DNA from: Wickerhamiella versatilis
Taxonomy: Eukaryota
NCBI GenBank assembly: GCA_030867685.1
Contig: JAQOWU010000008.1
Location: 1,984,001-2,048,000, forward strand
Length of the DNA stretch: 64,000 nucleotides
Direction: 5' to 3'
How positions within the stretch are numbered: the first letter of the stretch is position 1; each line of letters opens with the position of its first letter. The notes beneath the pieces are model-generated. The model was not told where the DNA came from. It ran no database searches and saw nothing but the letters and a program-made list of their open reading frames with translations. Position numbers and translations under genes: made by a program. Below, piece by piece: positions 63,502 through 64,000 of this stretch.

Positions 63502-64000
63502 GACGGTAGTTACAACAACTGTGCACGCGCCCCGCGAGGACAGCGTCGGGTCTGAAAGGGGTTTGAGCCCTAAAATTACATAACCAATGATTACTCTACC
63601 TTTCTAAACTAAGCAATCCATGTCGTTATCAAATACGAATTTTGTAACACAGAAGAAGCAGGAAGAACCACCCTATATTGTTAGTCTGGGCTGAGCGACG
63701 CAATTTCTGAAAATGATTCGACAAATTGAGGCTTTTTGGAAAATGACTGTTTTGGTCAGTTATGTAATAAATGACAACGGCTTCACGTGGTCGCCAATGT
63801 CCAAGTGTCAGATTATTTTACGAATTGATTACAGCCCGATGTATAGAAGCCGTGCTTGGGTAATATATCCGATGAGAAAGAAACTTATATATATTCATAT
63901 ATGTCAATGTATACAATTAGACTGTAAGTTCATAAGAGTACACCGGAAACGGAACATCGTGGGATTAGTAAAAAGATCTTTCCCAAGTTCTCTCTCTGTG

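Noticed and set aside
1-64000. Transposons, LTRs, CRISPR arrays, rRNA
   Set aside because: No transposase/RT ORFs, long repeats or rRNA signatures seen by eye.

Overview
Compact, apparently intron-free budding-yeast chromosomal DNA read with the standard genetic code. The very short intergenic gaps, lack of introns and retained complex I subunit suggest a Wickerhamiella-like (Dipodascomycete) yeast, which is inference only. Bases 1-38.2 kb and 59.7-64 kb carry housekeeping genes (ORT1, CMD1, KIN3, SPT3, ADE1, ISA2, ALG13, CLC1, RTT103, FIG4, GPI8, CAP2, NCR1, CDC5, DAL2, ATP18, STR2, POL4, PGK1, LNP1, RLI1, FPK1/KIN82, RPS21). The main discovery is a ~17.5 kb cluster of 10 contiguous genes (39485-57032) that reads as a choline / methylated-amine nitrogen-catabolism pathway. 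It contains an orphan Fe(II)/2OG dioxygenase, a Zn2Cys6 regulator, an Amt/Mep permease, an EutQ-like cupin, two membrane-anchored DUF3445 (heme oxidative N-demethylase-like) paralogs, a copper amine oxidase, betaine aldehyde dehydrogenase, choline oxidase and an HNM1/UGA4-type permease. A shared motif, TCRRA-NN-CCG, occurs 10 times in the four promoter regions of the left module, alongside GATA sites. All family assignments come from recognising motifs by eye; no database searches were run.
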